A stretch of 32,000 nucleotides of DNA from Mycolicibacterium smegmatis (GTDB lineage: Bacteria > Actinomycetota > Actinomycetes > Mycobacteriales > Mycobacteriaceae): contig NZ_LN831039.1 in the NCBI RefSeq assembly GCF_001457595.1, positions 2,580,001 through 2,612,000 on the forward strand, given 5' to 3'. Both the position numbers and the translations under genes were made by a program. The notes beneath the pieces are model-generated. The model worked only from the letters and a program-made list of their open reading frames with translations. It did no database searches and was not told the DNA's origin. Shown here one piece after another: positions 8,962 to 17,906 of the stretch; position 1 is the first letter of the stretch, and the number at the start of each line of letters is the position of its first letter.

Positions 8962-9639
8962 GTGCGTATCGACGTCATCTCGATATTTCCCGCCTACCTC
9001 GATCCGATCCGGCAGTCGTTGCCGGGCAAGGCCATCGACGCCGGCATCGTCTCCGTCGAGGTGCACGACCTGCGCAACTGGACCCACGACGTGCACCGCT
9101 CCGTGGACGACTCGCCCTACGGCGGTGGTCCCGGCATGGTGATGAAAGCTCCGGTGTGGGGTGAGGCGCTCGACGGGATCTGCTCGGAGGAAACGCTTCT
9201 CGTGGTGCCGACGCCTGCGGGCCGGCTGTTCGACCAGCGCACGGCCCAGCGCTGGAGCACCGAGAGACACCTGGTGTTCGCGTGCGGACGCTACGAGGGC
9301 ATCGATCAGCGCGTCGTCGACGACGCCGCGCGGCGCATGCGCGTCGAAGAGGTCTCGATCGGCGACTACGTGCTCAACGGGGGAGAGGCCGCCACGCTGG
9401 TGATGGTCGAGGCCGTGGTGCGCCTGCTGCCCGATGTGCTCGGCAATCCCGCTTCGCACCAACAGGATTCACACTCCGACGGGCTGCTCGAAGGACCCAG
9501 CTACACGCGCCCGCCGAGCTGGCGCGGGCTCGACGTGCCGCCGGTCCTGCTCTCCGGCGACCACGCGAAGGTCGCGGCGTGGCGCCACGAGCAGGCCCTG
9601 CAGCGCACCCGAGAGCGCCGCCCCGACCTGCTCGACTGA
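8962..9639 (+). CDS. trmD: tRNA (guanine37-N1)-methyltransferase TrmD
   Basis: [34 protein letters not shown] and [11 protein letters not shown] motifs. Confidence 0.97.
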   Translation: MRIDVISIFPAYLDPIRQSLPGKAIDAGIVSVEVHDLRNWTHDVHRSVDDSPYGGGPGMVMKAPVWGEALDGICSEETLLVVPTPAGRLFDQRTAQRWSTERHLVFACGRYEGIDQRVVDDAARRMRVEEVSIGDYVLNGGEAATLVMVEAVVRLLPDVLGNPASHQQDSHSDGLLEGPSYTRPPSWRGLDVPPVLLSGDHAKVAAWRHEQALQRTRERRPDLLD

Positions 9640-10584
9640 TCAGATCCGCCCGCCGGGGAACATGGTCTTGACCGCATCGGTGATCGTCTCGCGTGCGGTC
9701 GTGGCGTCTGTGGGCTGCAGCGCGCCGATCACCATGACGAAGCGGCGGTCGGGCCCGATGACGCCGGTGGACAGGTGCATCCAGTCCCCGCCGATGCAGC
9801 ACATCCACCCCTGCTTGACCGCGACGGGTTCGGCGTACAGACCGTCGGGGATGCCGAAGCGCTGCGGATAGACGCCGCCGGGTTGCGTGGTGTCCTTCGC
9901 CTCAGGAGTGGACTGCGCGAGATTGGACAGGATCACGTTGGCCTGTTCGGGCGGTAGCCCGCCGCGGCCGCTCATGAGCATGTCGTAGTAGCGCACCAGG
10001 TCGGCGGCCGTGCTCTTGGTGTTCCACCACCGACCGTCGTTGGGCGGCTTGGTCGAGGTCAGCCCGTAGCGGGCCGCCACACGCGTCACGATGGGGTCAC
10101 CGCCGCTGCGGTTCCAGAAGATCTCGGCCGCGTCGTCGTCGGAGGACCGCAGCATCACGTCGAGCATCTTGCGGTCGTCGGCGGACAGGACGGTCTGGCC
10201 CTTGGCCTCCTGCAGCAGCAGGTCGTCGGCGATGAAGAGCTTGACCACGGACGCGATCGCGATGCTCTGCTCGTTGCCGTTGGAGACCAGTTGCCCCGTG
10301 TTGCGGTCGAGCACCAGCATCGTGATGTCGGCGCCGGCGTCGGCGGCCTGGTTGGTGGCCAGCATCGCGCGGTCCTGCAGGCCGAGGAACGACGCGGCCG
10401 GTTCGTCGGGCGGCGCCTCGGGCAGCGGGGCCATGCCGCCCTGCGGCACGACGACGGTGAGCTGCGGCGCGTCCGGGGCGGCGAATCCGCCGTAGACCCG
10501 GGGGTCCTCGCAACCGGATGCGACCAACATCGCGATCGCACTGACTGCGGTCGCGGTGACCAGCCTCGACGGCCGCCCTCGCAT
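9640..10584 (-). CDS. lppW: LppW-like lipoprotein (class-A beta-lactamase-like fold)
   Basis: ATG at 10584 gives [25 protein letters not shown] with lipobox LVASGC. SxxK-like ASVVK. Same position and orientation as lppW between trmD and rplS in mycobacteria. Confidence 0.8.
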   Translation of the reverse strand: MRGRPSRLVTATAVSAIAMLVASGCEDPRVYGGFAAPDAPQLTVVVPQGGMAPLPEAPPDEPAASFLGLQDRAMLATNQAADAGADITMLVLDRNTGQLVSNGNEQSIAIASVVKLFIADDLLLQEAKGQTVLSADDRKMLDVMLRSSDDDAAEIFWNRSGGDPIVTRVAARYGLTSTKPPNDGRWWNTKSTAADLVRYYDMLMSGRGGLPPEQANVILSNLAQSTPEAKDTTQPGGVYPQRFGIPDGLYAEPVAVKQGWMCCIGGDWMHLSTGVIGPDRRFVMVIGALQPTDATTARETITDAVKTMFPGGRI

Positions 10585-10756
10585 TGCCCTCCTCCGACAT
10601 TCAGCGCATCCAGTGGACCCCGATCGGCACGGCAACAGCGGCGATTCGGACACTTTTCGAGTAGTCGAAGCCTAACCGTTACCCGATCGGGCCGCTTAGT
10701 TAGTCTCACTCATCGATTCGGCCGCAAAAGCCGGCTCCGGTGCAGGGCAGCGCACC

Positions 10757-10789
10757 GATTTCACTGGATGGGGCCTCGTCTGGCACAAT
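10757..10789 (+). promoter_or_regulatory. Candidate rplS promoter: GATTT-N17-TCTGGCACAAT (extended -10 TGnCACAAT)
   Basis: Same 33-nt architecture as 7516-7548. Lies about 128 nt upstream of the rplS ATG. Confidence 0.5.
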
Positions 10790-10839
10790 TGAGCAGTTGT
10801 CTGCGCAGGACCGGGCTGAGTAGTGCCTGCCTGCTGCGA

Positions 10840-10859
10840 GATACACCCCGATACACCCG
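10840..10859 (+). repeat. Tandem 10-nt direct repeat GATACACCCC/GATACACCCG in the rplS leader
   Basis: Read directly. Followed by a small hairpin CCGAA-N7-TTCGG at 10857-10873. Confidence 0.8.
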
Positions 10860-10917
10860 AAAGATAGCTTCGGCTGCGCCACCGCGCGTACCCGCGAACA
10901 ACAAGGAAGTGTCACCG

Positions 10918-11259
10918 ATGAACACGCTGGACTTCGTCGATCAGGCGTCGCTGCGCGACGATATCCCGACCTTCAGCCCCGGCGACACCGTCAACGTGCA
11001 CGTGAAGGTCATCGAGGGCTCCAAGGAGCGCATCCAGGTCTTCAAGGGCGTCGTGATCCGTCGTCAGGGTGGCGGTATCAGCGAGACCTTCACCGTGCGC
11101 AAGGAGAGCTACGGCGTCGGAGTCGAGCGAACCTTCCCGGTGCACTCGCCCAACATCGACCACATCGACGTCCTCACCCGTGGTGACGTCCGCCGCGCCA
11201 AGCTGTACTACCTGCGCGAGCTCCGTGGCAAGAAGGCGAAGATCAAGGAAAAGCGCTGA
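10918..11259 (+). CDS. rplS: 50S ribosomal protein L19
   Basis: ATG at 10918 after AAGGAAG: [47 protein letters not shown]. The upstream ORF extension from 10291 is an artefact. Confidence 0.97.
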
Positions 11260-11317
11260 GCGCTGAGCCTCACATGGTGGTGCGGCTGACGCAGGGCTGG
11301 TCCCTCCGCTCGCTACT

Positions 11318-12196
11318 GTGGATGCCGTGACCGGATCCACCGACTCCACCGACGCCTCGTCGGAGGACGCGCTCGACCACGATTCCGCTGGTGATTCCGC
11401 CGCGAATCCCGCCGACGAACCGCAGTCCCGGCCCGATCCGGAACAGGACGAAAAGCCCAAGCGCAAGCACGGTGCCTTGCGCGAGGGCGCCATCCTGGTG
11501 ACCATCGCGGTGGTTCTCTACTACGTGATGCTGACGTTCATCGCGCGTCCGTACCTCATCCCTTCGGAGTCGATGGAGCCGACGCTGCACGGCTGCAACG
11601 GCTGTGTGGGCGACCGCATCATGGTCGACAAGCTCACCTACCGATTCACCGAGCCCCGCCCCGGCGACGTCGTGGTGTTCAAGGGCCCGCCGTCCTGGAA
11701 CATCGGCTACAAGTCGATCCGCTCGGACAACCCGGTGATCCGCGGCGTGCAGAACGCCCTGTCGTTCATCGGTTTCGTCCCGCCGGACGAGAACGATCTT
11801 GTCAAACGCGTGATCGCGGTCGGCGGTCAGACGGTGGAATGCCGTGCGGCGACCGGTCTGACGGTCGACGGCAAGAAGCTCGACGAGCCGTATCTCGACC
11901 CCACGACGATGATGGCCGACCCGGCGATCTACCCGTGCCTCGGTAACGAATTCGGTCCGGTGACAGTGCCCGAGGACCGTATCTGGGTGATGGGCGACAA
12001 CCGCACCCATTCGGCGGATTCACGCGTGCACTGCACCAACCTGCCGGCCGACGCGCAGAAGGGCCTGCTGTGCACGGGTGACCCGACGGCCGGCACCATC
12101 CCCGTGGAGAATGTGATCGGTAAGGCGCGATTCATCGCCTGGCCGCCGTCTCGGTGGGGCGGTATCAGCGACGTGAATCCGCAGACATCTTCCTAG
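11318..12196 (+). CDS. lepB: Signal peptidase I
   Basis: Catalytic Ser box SESMEPTL, Lys box KRVIAVGGQ, box [12 protein letters not shown]. Acidic N-terminal extension followed by a TM segment. Confidence 0.93.
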   Translation: MDAVTGSTDSTDASSEDALDHDSAGDSAANPADEPQSRPDPEQDEKPKRKHGALREGAILVTIAVVLYYVMLTFIARPYLIPSESMEPTLHGCNGCVGDRIMVDKLTYRFTEPRPGDVVVFKGPPSWNIGYKSIRSDNPVIRGVQNALSFIGFVPPDENDLVKRVIAVGGQTVECRAATGLTVDGKKLDEPYLDPTTMMADPAIYPCLGNEFGPVTVPEDRIWVMGDNRTHSADSRVHCTNLPADAQKGLLCTGDPTAGTIPVENVIGKARFIAWPPSRWGGISDVNPQTSS

Positions 12197-12206
12197 GAGC
12201 TGTCTC

Positions 12207-13025
12207 GTGCCCGGCTCGTGGCCGCCTCGAACCGTGATTCGGAAATCGTCGGGTCTGCGCACCCTGGAATCGGCGTTGTACCGCAACGGACTCGGTCCCG
12301 TCGCGGGGGTCGACGAGGTGGGCCGCGGTGCGTGCGCCGGCCCGCTCGTGGTCGCGGCCTGCGTACTGGGCCCCAACCGGCTGGAGAGCCTCGCCGCGCT
12401 CGACGACTCGAAGAAGCTCGGCGAGAAGGAACGGGAACGGCTCTTCCCGCTGATCCGCCGCTACGCGCTGGCCTACCACGTGGTGTTCATCCCGTCGCAC
12501 GAGGTGGACCGGCGCGGTGTGCACGTCGCCAACATCGAGGGCATGCGGCGTGCGGTCGCCGGCCTCTCGGTGCGGCCCGGCTACGTACTGTCCGACGGCT
12601 TCCGGGTGCCCGGGCTGTCGGTGCCGTCGCTTCCCGTGATCGGCGGCGACGCCGCGGCGGCGTGCATCGCGGCCGCGAGCGTGCTGGCCAAGGTCAGTCG
12701 TGACCGGTTGATGGTCGAGATGGAAGAACAGCATCCCGGCTACGGGTTCGCCGAGCACAAGGGCTACATCACGCCCGCCCACACCGCGGCGCTGACCCGG
12801 CACGGGCCGTGCGTGGAGCACCGGTACTCGTATGTGAACGTGCGGCGAGCCGCCGAGGCGACCGGTGTGCGCTGGGCCTCGGACCGGGTGGGCGTGCGCT
12901 GGTCCACCGAGTCGGCGGCCGAGACCGAAGAGGTACGACGGGCGCTTGAGGCGTTTGAGGTTGAGTGGGTTACGGCACCCGTGGAGCACGAGGGTGCCGC
13001 GTGCGCGAAGATGGGCAGTGGATGA
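12207..13025 (+). CDS. rnhB: Ribonuclease HII
   Basis: [19 protein letters not shown] and DDSKKL active-site motifs. GTG start 10 nt after the lepB stop. Confidence 0.93.
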   Translation: MPGSWPPRTVIRKSSGLRTLESALYRNGLGPVAGVDEVGRGACAGPLVVAACVLGPNRLESLAALDDSKKLGEKERERLFPLIRRYALAYHVVFIPSHEVDRRGVHVANIEGMRRAVAGLSVRPGYVLSDGFRVPGLSVPSLPVIGGDAAAACIAAASVLAKVSRDRLMVEMEEQHPGYGFAEHKGYITPAHTAALTRHGPCVEHRYSYVNVRRAAEATGVRWASDRVGVRWSTESAAETEEVRRALEAFEVEWVTAPVEHEGAACAKMGSG

Positions 13026-13101
13026 CCGCGCCGACAACAGACAAGCCAAGAGCAGACAATGTGATCAAGGCAGTGACCCTACGAGAAGGACAGCAGAGCA
13101 G

Positions 13102-13407
13102 ATGAGCGCCGAAGATCTCGAGAAGTACGAAACCGAGATGGAGCTCTCGCTGTACCGCGAATACAAGGACATCGTCGGTCAGTTCAGCTACGTCGTGGAG
13201 ACCGAACGCCGCTTCTACCTCGCGAACAGTGTGGAGCTCATTCCACGGAATGCAGATGGCGAGGTGTATTTCGAGCTCCGGCTGGCCGACGCCTGGGTGT
13301 GGGACATGTACCGGCCCGCCCGTTTCGTCAAGCAGGTCCGGGTGATCACGTTCAAGGACGTCAACATCGAGGAAGTGGAGAAGCCGGAGTTGCGGCTCCC
13401 CGAGTAG
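13102..13407 (+). CDS. DUF2469 family protein
   Basis: ATG at 13102 after GAAGGA: MSAEDLEKYETEMELSLYREYKDIVGQFSYVVETERRFYLAN. Conserved partner downstream of rnhB in actinobacteria. Confidence 0.85.
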   Translation: MSAEDLEKYETEMELSLYREYKDIVGQFSYVVETERRFYLANSVELIPRNADGEVYFELRLADAWVWDMYRPARFVKQVRVITFKDVNIEEVEKPELRLPE

Positions 13408-13421
13408 GCCGGTGCCTGGGC

Positions 13422-14132
13422 CTACGCCTGGCCTGCGGTCTTCGGCTTGAGATGCTCGTCGAAGAACGCGAACACGCGCGTCCAGGCGTCGGTGGTGGCG
13501 GCCTCGTCGTAGCCGAAACCAGTGACGCGCAGCAGGGGCTGCGCGGGCAGGATGTTGGCGAAGCTGTGCCCGGCCGACGGGTACACCTTGATGTCGGCCG
13601 GGATGTTCTTGGCCTCGACGACCCGCCGCAGCCGCGCCGGCGCACCGATGCCGAGTGGGTCGCGGCGTCCGAAGCTCGCGACGATGGGGCACGATGCGTC
13701 GAGCGTCCGGTCGAGGTGACGGGGGAGCGGTGTGCCGTAGAACGGCGCGGATGCGGCAAAACCCTTGGGGCCCATGATGAGTGCAAACTGGCCGCCCGAG
13801 CAGAAGCCGACGACGCCGACGGTGCCGGTGCATTCGGGCAGCGACTTGAGGTGATCGCGCGCGGCGAGGATGTCGTCGAGCGCGCGGCCACGCTGGGTGA
13901 GCAGATCCCGGAACATCCGGGTGATGCACCGGGCACGGCCGCCGCGTGAGTACAGGTTCGGGGTGATCGCGAGGTAGCCGGCCTGCGCGACGCGTTCGGA
14001 GACCAACTCGTTGTCGGGGCCGTATCCGATCGCGTCGTGGATGATCACGACGCCCGGCCACGGTCCCGATCCGGTCGGTGTGCTCAGCAGAGCGTCGATC
14101 GGCCCGTCGGGGGTGCTGATGGTGATCGTCAC
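13422..14132 (-). CDS. Dienelactone hydrolase family protein
   Basis: GTG at 14132 (VTITISTPDGPIDALL...). Cys-nucleophile elbow VGVVGFCSGGQFAL and His motif YPSAGHSF. The longer ORF to 14252 would overlap the upstream gene. Confidence 0.85.
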   Translation of the reverse strand: MTITISTPDGPIDALLSTPTGSGPWPGVVIIHDAIGYGPDNELVSERVAQAGYLAITPNLYSRGGRARCITRMFRDLLTQRGRALDDILAARDHLKSLPECTGTVGVVGFCSGGQFALIMGPKGFAASAPFYGTPLPRHLDRTLDASCPIVASFGRRDPLGIGAPARLRRVVEAKNIPADIKVYPSAGHSFANILPAQPLLRVTGFGYDEAATTDAWTRVFAFFDEHLKPKTAGQA

Positions 14133-14178
14133 CCACCCGAATGTAGCGGGCCGGCGATCATTTGTTGCCGTTCGCCGA

Positions 14179-15633
14179 TCAGGTGCCGCAGAAGGTGCGG
14201 TACGGACCGAAGTCCTCAGGCGCGGGCGCGGCGTGGGCCTCGAATCCGGCACGTTCGGTGAACGGGGTTTTCAGTGCCGTCATGAGCGCGGTGAGCGGCG
14301 CGAGGTCACCTGTGGTCGCCGCGGTCAGCGCGTCCTCCACCAGATGGTTGCGCGGGATGTAGACCGGGTTGACGCGATCCATCACATCCGGGTCGGGGTA
14401 GCACGCACGCCAGCGTGACAGCCACTCGTCGGTGAACGGCAGTGACGGCTGCGCGCCGCGCGCGACGCGGCCCAGGTCGCGGAACGCCGAGGTGTAGTCC
14501 GTGCGGGTCTGTTGCAGCAGCACCAAAAGATCGTTGACGAGCGCCGTGGCGGTCGTGTGGTCGACTCGGGCACTCAGCCCCAGCTTGGTCCGCATGCCCG
14601 TCGACCACGCCGTGTCGAACTGCTGCGGGAACTGCCCGAGCGCCGCGGTCACGAGGTGGACCGCGGTGTCGACATCTTCGGCGATCAGCGGCAGCAGGGT
14701 CTCGGCGAACCGCGCCAGGTTCCAGTGCGCCACCGCGGGCTGGTTGCCGTACGCGTAGCGCCCGCCGTGGTCGATCGAGCTGAAAACCGTTGCGGGATCG
14801 AACGTGTCCATGAACGCGCACGGCCCGTAGTCGATGGTCTCACCGGAGATGGTCATGTTGTCGGTGTTCATCACGCCGTGGATGAACCCCACCAGCATCC
14901 ATTGCGCCAGCAGCGACGCCTGCGCCGACACCACGGCTTCGAACAGCGCCAGATACGGGTTGTCGGCCTCGGCCGCCTGCGGGTGATGACGTGAGCTCGC
15001 GTGGTCGGCGAGCCGGCGCAGCACCTCGTCGTCCTTTGCGGCGGTGGCGTACTGGTAGGCGTACTGGAAGCTGCCGACGCGCAGGTGGCTGCTCGCGACG
15101 CGGGCCAGCACGGCACCGGGCTGCTTGGTCTCGCGCCACACGTCGCGGCCGGTCGCCACCACGGCCAGCGAGCGCGTGGTGGGGATGCCCAGCGCATGCA
15201 TGGCCTCGCTGACGATGTACTCGCGCAGCATCGGTCCGACCACCGCGAGCCCGTCACCGCCCCGCGCGAACGGCGTGCGCCCGGAGCCCTTCAGGTGCAG
15301 GTCACGGGTGCGCCCGTGGACGTCGGTGAGCTCGCCGAGCAGCAGTGCGCGGCCGTCGCCCAGGCGCGGGACGTAGCCGCCGAACTGGTGGCCGGCGTAG
15401 GCCTGCGCCACGGGTGTGGCGCCCTCGGGCACGTCGGTGCCCAGCAGCAGGCCGATGCCGTCGGGGCTGCGCAGCCAGTCCGCGTCGAGGCCCAGTTCGG
15501 TGGCGAGCGCGTCGTTGAGGACCAGCAGGCGCGGAGCGGGAGCGGGCTCGGCCTGCCATCCGATCGCCAGTTCCGGCAGTTCGCGCGCGAACCGGCTGTG
15601 CAGGGTGACGGCGGCATCCGAGGTGACACTCAC
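14179..15633 (-). CDS. selO: Protein adenylyltransferase SelO (YdiU/UPF0061)
   Basis: [40 protein letters not shown] and [28 protein letters not shown]-terminal Cys (..RTFCGT). GTG at 15633; the upstream Arg-rich extension is rejected. Confidence 0.9.
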   Translation of the reverse strand: MSVTSDAAVTLHSRFARELPELAIGWQAEPAPAPRLLVLNDALATELGLDADWLRSPDGIGLLLGTDVPEGATPVAQAYAGHQFGGYVPRLGDGRALLLGELTDVHGRTRDLHLKGSGRTPFARGGDGLAVVGPMLREYIVSEAMHALGIPTTRSLAVVATGRDVWRETKQPGAVLARVASSHLRVGSFQYAYQYATAAKDDEVLRRLADHASSRHHPQAAEADNPYLALFEAVVSAQASLLAQWMLVGFIHGVMNTDNMTISGETIDYGPCAFMDTFDPATVFSSIDHGGRYAYGNQPAVAHWNLARFAETLLPLIAEDVDTAVHLVTAALGQFPQQFDTAWSTGMRTKLGLSARVDHTTATALVNDLLVLLQQTRTDYTSAFRDLGRVARGAQPSLPFTDEWLSRWRACYPDPDVMDRVNPVYIPRNHLVEDALTAATTGDLAPLTALMTALKTPFTERAGFEAHAAPAPEDFGPYRTFCGT

Positions 15634-15683
15634 ACCGACGAGCCTACGGAGAGTGTGGGCGGTGGCCCACCCGGCGCGTGCCG

Positions 15684-16106
15684 CTACAGGCCGGCCAGGT
15701 CGTCGGGCACGTCGACGGCGTAGGACTCGAGCACCTCGAGCGGGACGACGTCGAGCGTGCGTTCGTGGGTCGCCGCGAGCACCACGGGCGCGGCGAAGCC
15801 GTCCTGGTGGGCCCGCAGCCAGTTGGCCGCGGTGACGCACCAACGGTCACCGGGCTTGAGGCCGGGGAACCGGAAATGCGGTGCAGGCGTGGACAGGTCG
15901 TTGCCGATGGACCGCTGATGTTGCAGGAACTCGGCGGTGACCACCGCGCAGATGGTGTGGCGCCCGAGATCGGCGTCACCGGTCGTGCAGCAGCCGTCAC
16001 GGTAGAAACCGGTCAGCGGATCGGTTCCGCATTCCTCCAGCGGGCCACCCAGCACATTGCGGTCCCGGCCGCGGTCCCGGCCGCGGTCCGGCGTGCGTTC
16101 TGGCAT
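15684..16106 (-). CDS. DUF2237 family Cys-rich protein
   Basis: ATG at 16106. Conserved [31 protein letters not shown]. The N-terminus carries an RGRD repeat encoded by a 12-nt tandem repeat. Confidence 0.8.
   Translation of the reverse strand: MPERTPDRGRDRGRDRNVLGGPLEECGTDPLTGFYRDGCCTTGDADLGRHTICAVVTAEFLQHQRSIGNDLSTPAPHFRFPGLKPGDRWCVTAANWLRAHQDGFAAPVVLAATHERTLDVVPLEVLESYAVDVPDDLAGL
16059..16092. repeat. 12-nt tandem repeat GCGGTCCCGGCC: two full copies plus a partial third
   Basis: Two perfect copies at 16059-16070 and 16071-16082, then a third lacking one C. In frame within the DUF2237 N-terminus ([10 protein letters not shown]). Confidence 0.85.
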
Positions 16107-16179
16107 CTGCCCAGTATGTCCCGCGCTGCGCGCCCCCGAGCGGCAAACCCGCACAGCAGCGTGGGTTTTCATCGAACTC

Positions 16180-17796
16180 TCATCGGGCCGGTTCGGGGTT
16201 GGCGCTGCGATGCGTGTCGAGGATCAGCAGTGCGACGTGCAGCGAGGTCATCGACTCCCCGTCGTCGAGGTCGACGCCGAGGCGACGCTGGATGGCGGCC
16301 AGGCGGCTGTAGAGCGCAGGCCTGCTCATGTGCAACCGCTTGGCCAGTGCCGACTTGTTGCCTGCCAGTTCGAGATATCCGCGCAACACCGCCATGTCGT
16401 CCTCACCGTGGTCGGCATCGTGGATCAGCAGGCTCCTCAGCTCGGTCTCGGCGAAGGTCTGCACGCGTGGATCGTCGGACAGCAGCGTGATCAGACCCCG
16501 TAGCCGGACGTCGGAGGCGCGGACGAACGCGCGGCCCGAGAGCCGTGCGGTGCCCGCCATCGGCAGCGCGACCTCGGCGATGTGGGCGGCCTCGCGCAGG
16601 CCGTGCACCGCGTCGGCGAACGCGGTGGCGTTGTTGGCAACGGCCACAACAACTTTCGTGGTGACGCCACTGCGCGTGACGGACTCGCGCAGACCCTCGG
16701 CCAGTCGCGCCAGCGCGGCGTCGGCGGTCAGGTTGCGCCGCGGTGTCAGCGCCAGGACGAACCCGATCTCGCCGTCGCGCCGGATCGAGCAGATGGCGGT
16801 GTGGCCCTGGGACCGCACGCTGTGGGTGACCGCGTCGAGGATGCGGATGTTGCGGCGCTGGACGCCGACCGGGTCGAGCCGTTCGGCGGGGGCCTCGGTC
16901 CGCACCGTCACCGGCAGGTAGGGGCCGCCCGCGCGCAGGCCCAGCGCCTCGGCCCGCGCGGCGGCCTCGCGGTCATCGGCGATCCGGCCGCCGAGCACGT
17001 CGTCGATGAGGCCGCTCTGCGCCTGGTGTTCCAGGCCCGAGCGTCCCCGCTCGGCCATGCGGTGCAATGCCAGCGCCTGCGCGGCGCGTTCGAGCACGGT
17101 CTTGGCGCGCGCGGGTGCGGCGGGGGTGTGCGGAATGATCAGCCGTCCCCATTCCTCGGTGCGCGGGCCGACGGAGGTGGTGATCCACGGTTCGGCCATG
17201 GCCCGCGAGCGGCGCTGCCACTCGGCGAGCACTGCGGTGGCGGCCTCGCCGCGCGGCGAGATCGCGAGCACCTGGTGCGAGAGGTCTTCGAGCACCACCG
17301 ATTCGTTGATCATGTCCGCTGCCGCGCGCACGATGTCGGCCAGCGATGCGCGCCGCATGCTCAGATCGGTGAAGGTCTCGTGGGTGCGGTGTGCGAACGC
17401 GAGCTCCTCGTACTGGTCGGCGACGATCAGCCGGTGCACGGCCTCGGTGATCTCGACGAAGCGGGTCTGGCGGTGCAGCAGCACCAGGGGCAGGCCGAGG
17501 GACCGGGCGACGTCACTGACCCCGCGTGGGAGACGGGAGACGCGGGTTCCGAGTTCGACCACCAGGCCGACGGCGCCCGCGCGGGTCATGCGCTCCAGGT
17601 AGTCGTCCGGCGCCTCGGCCAGGCCCGCGCCCGTGGTGAGGACCAGCTCGCCGCCGTGGAGCAGACCGGCCAGATCCGGCATGTCGCTGACGTGGACCCA
17701 GCGCACGGGGCAGTCGAGGTTCTCGGCGCTGACCACCTCGGGGTCGCCGGCCTGCACCACGGGCAGGCCGATCACGTCGCGGACGGTCGGGATCAT
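16180..17796 (-). CDS. PucR/CdaR-family transcriptional regulator
   Basis: N-terminus MIPTVRDVIGLPVVQAGDPEVVS...VRWVHVSD typical of PucR-like sensors. C-terminal HTH ALAKRLHMSRPALYSRLAAIQRRLG. Confidence 0.9.
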   Translation of the reverse strand: MIPTVRDVIGLPVVQAGDPEVVSAENLDCPVRWVHVSDMPDLAGLLHGGELVLTTGAGLAEAPDDYLERMTRAGAVGLVVELGTRVSRLPRGVSDVARSLGLPLVLLHRQTRFVEITEAVHRLIVADQYEELAFAHRTHETFTDLSMRRASLADIVRAAADMINESVVLEDLSHQVLAISPRGEAATAVLAEWQRRSRAMAEPWITTSVGPRTEEWGRLIIPHTPAAPARAKTVLERAAQALALHRMAERGRSGLEHQAQSGLIDDVLGGRIADDREAAARAEALGLRAGGPYLPVTVRTEAPAERLDPVGVQRRNIRILDAVTHSVRSQGHTAICSIRRDGEIGFVLALTPRRNLTADAALARLAEGLRESVTRSGVTTKVVVAVANNATAFADAVHGLREAAHIAEVALPMAGTARLSGRAFVRASDVRLRGLITLLSDDPRVQTFAETELRSLLIHDADHGEDDMAVLRGYLELAGNKSALAKRLHMSRPALYSRLAAIQRRLGVDLDDGESMTSLHVALLILDTHRSANPEPAR

Positions 17797-17818
17797 TTAC
17801 AAAGTGTAAGCAGACGGT

Positions 17819-17841
17819 CGATCACGCATACACAGTGATCG
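17819..17841. promoter_or_regulatory. Inverted repeat CGATCAC-N9-GTGATCG in the PucR/mmsA divergent region
   Basis: Perfect 7-bp arms. A second small palindrome TTACA-AAG-TGTAA lies at 17797-17809. Function not demonstrated. Confidence 0.3.
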
Positions 17842-17906
17842 GCGCCGGAGAGGGTGCGGTGTCGCACAGTGAAAGGTGAAGTCGTTCGTCCCACGGAAGG
17901 TTTTAC

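Noticed and set aside
10706-10915. 69-aa Cys-rich minus-strand ORF antisense to the rplS leader
   Set aside because: No RBS, atypical composition, and it lies entirely within the predicted rplS 5' UTR and promoter. Most likely a chance ORF.
16059-16092. Short tandem repeats as a CRISPR array or mobile-element terminus (also 10840-10859 and 21677-21705)
   Set aside because: The units are 10-14 nt, directly adjacent with no spacers, and limited to 2-3 copies. No cas genes, transposase or inverted terminal repeats lie nearby.
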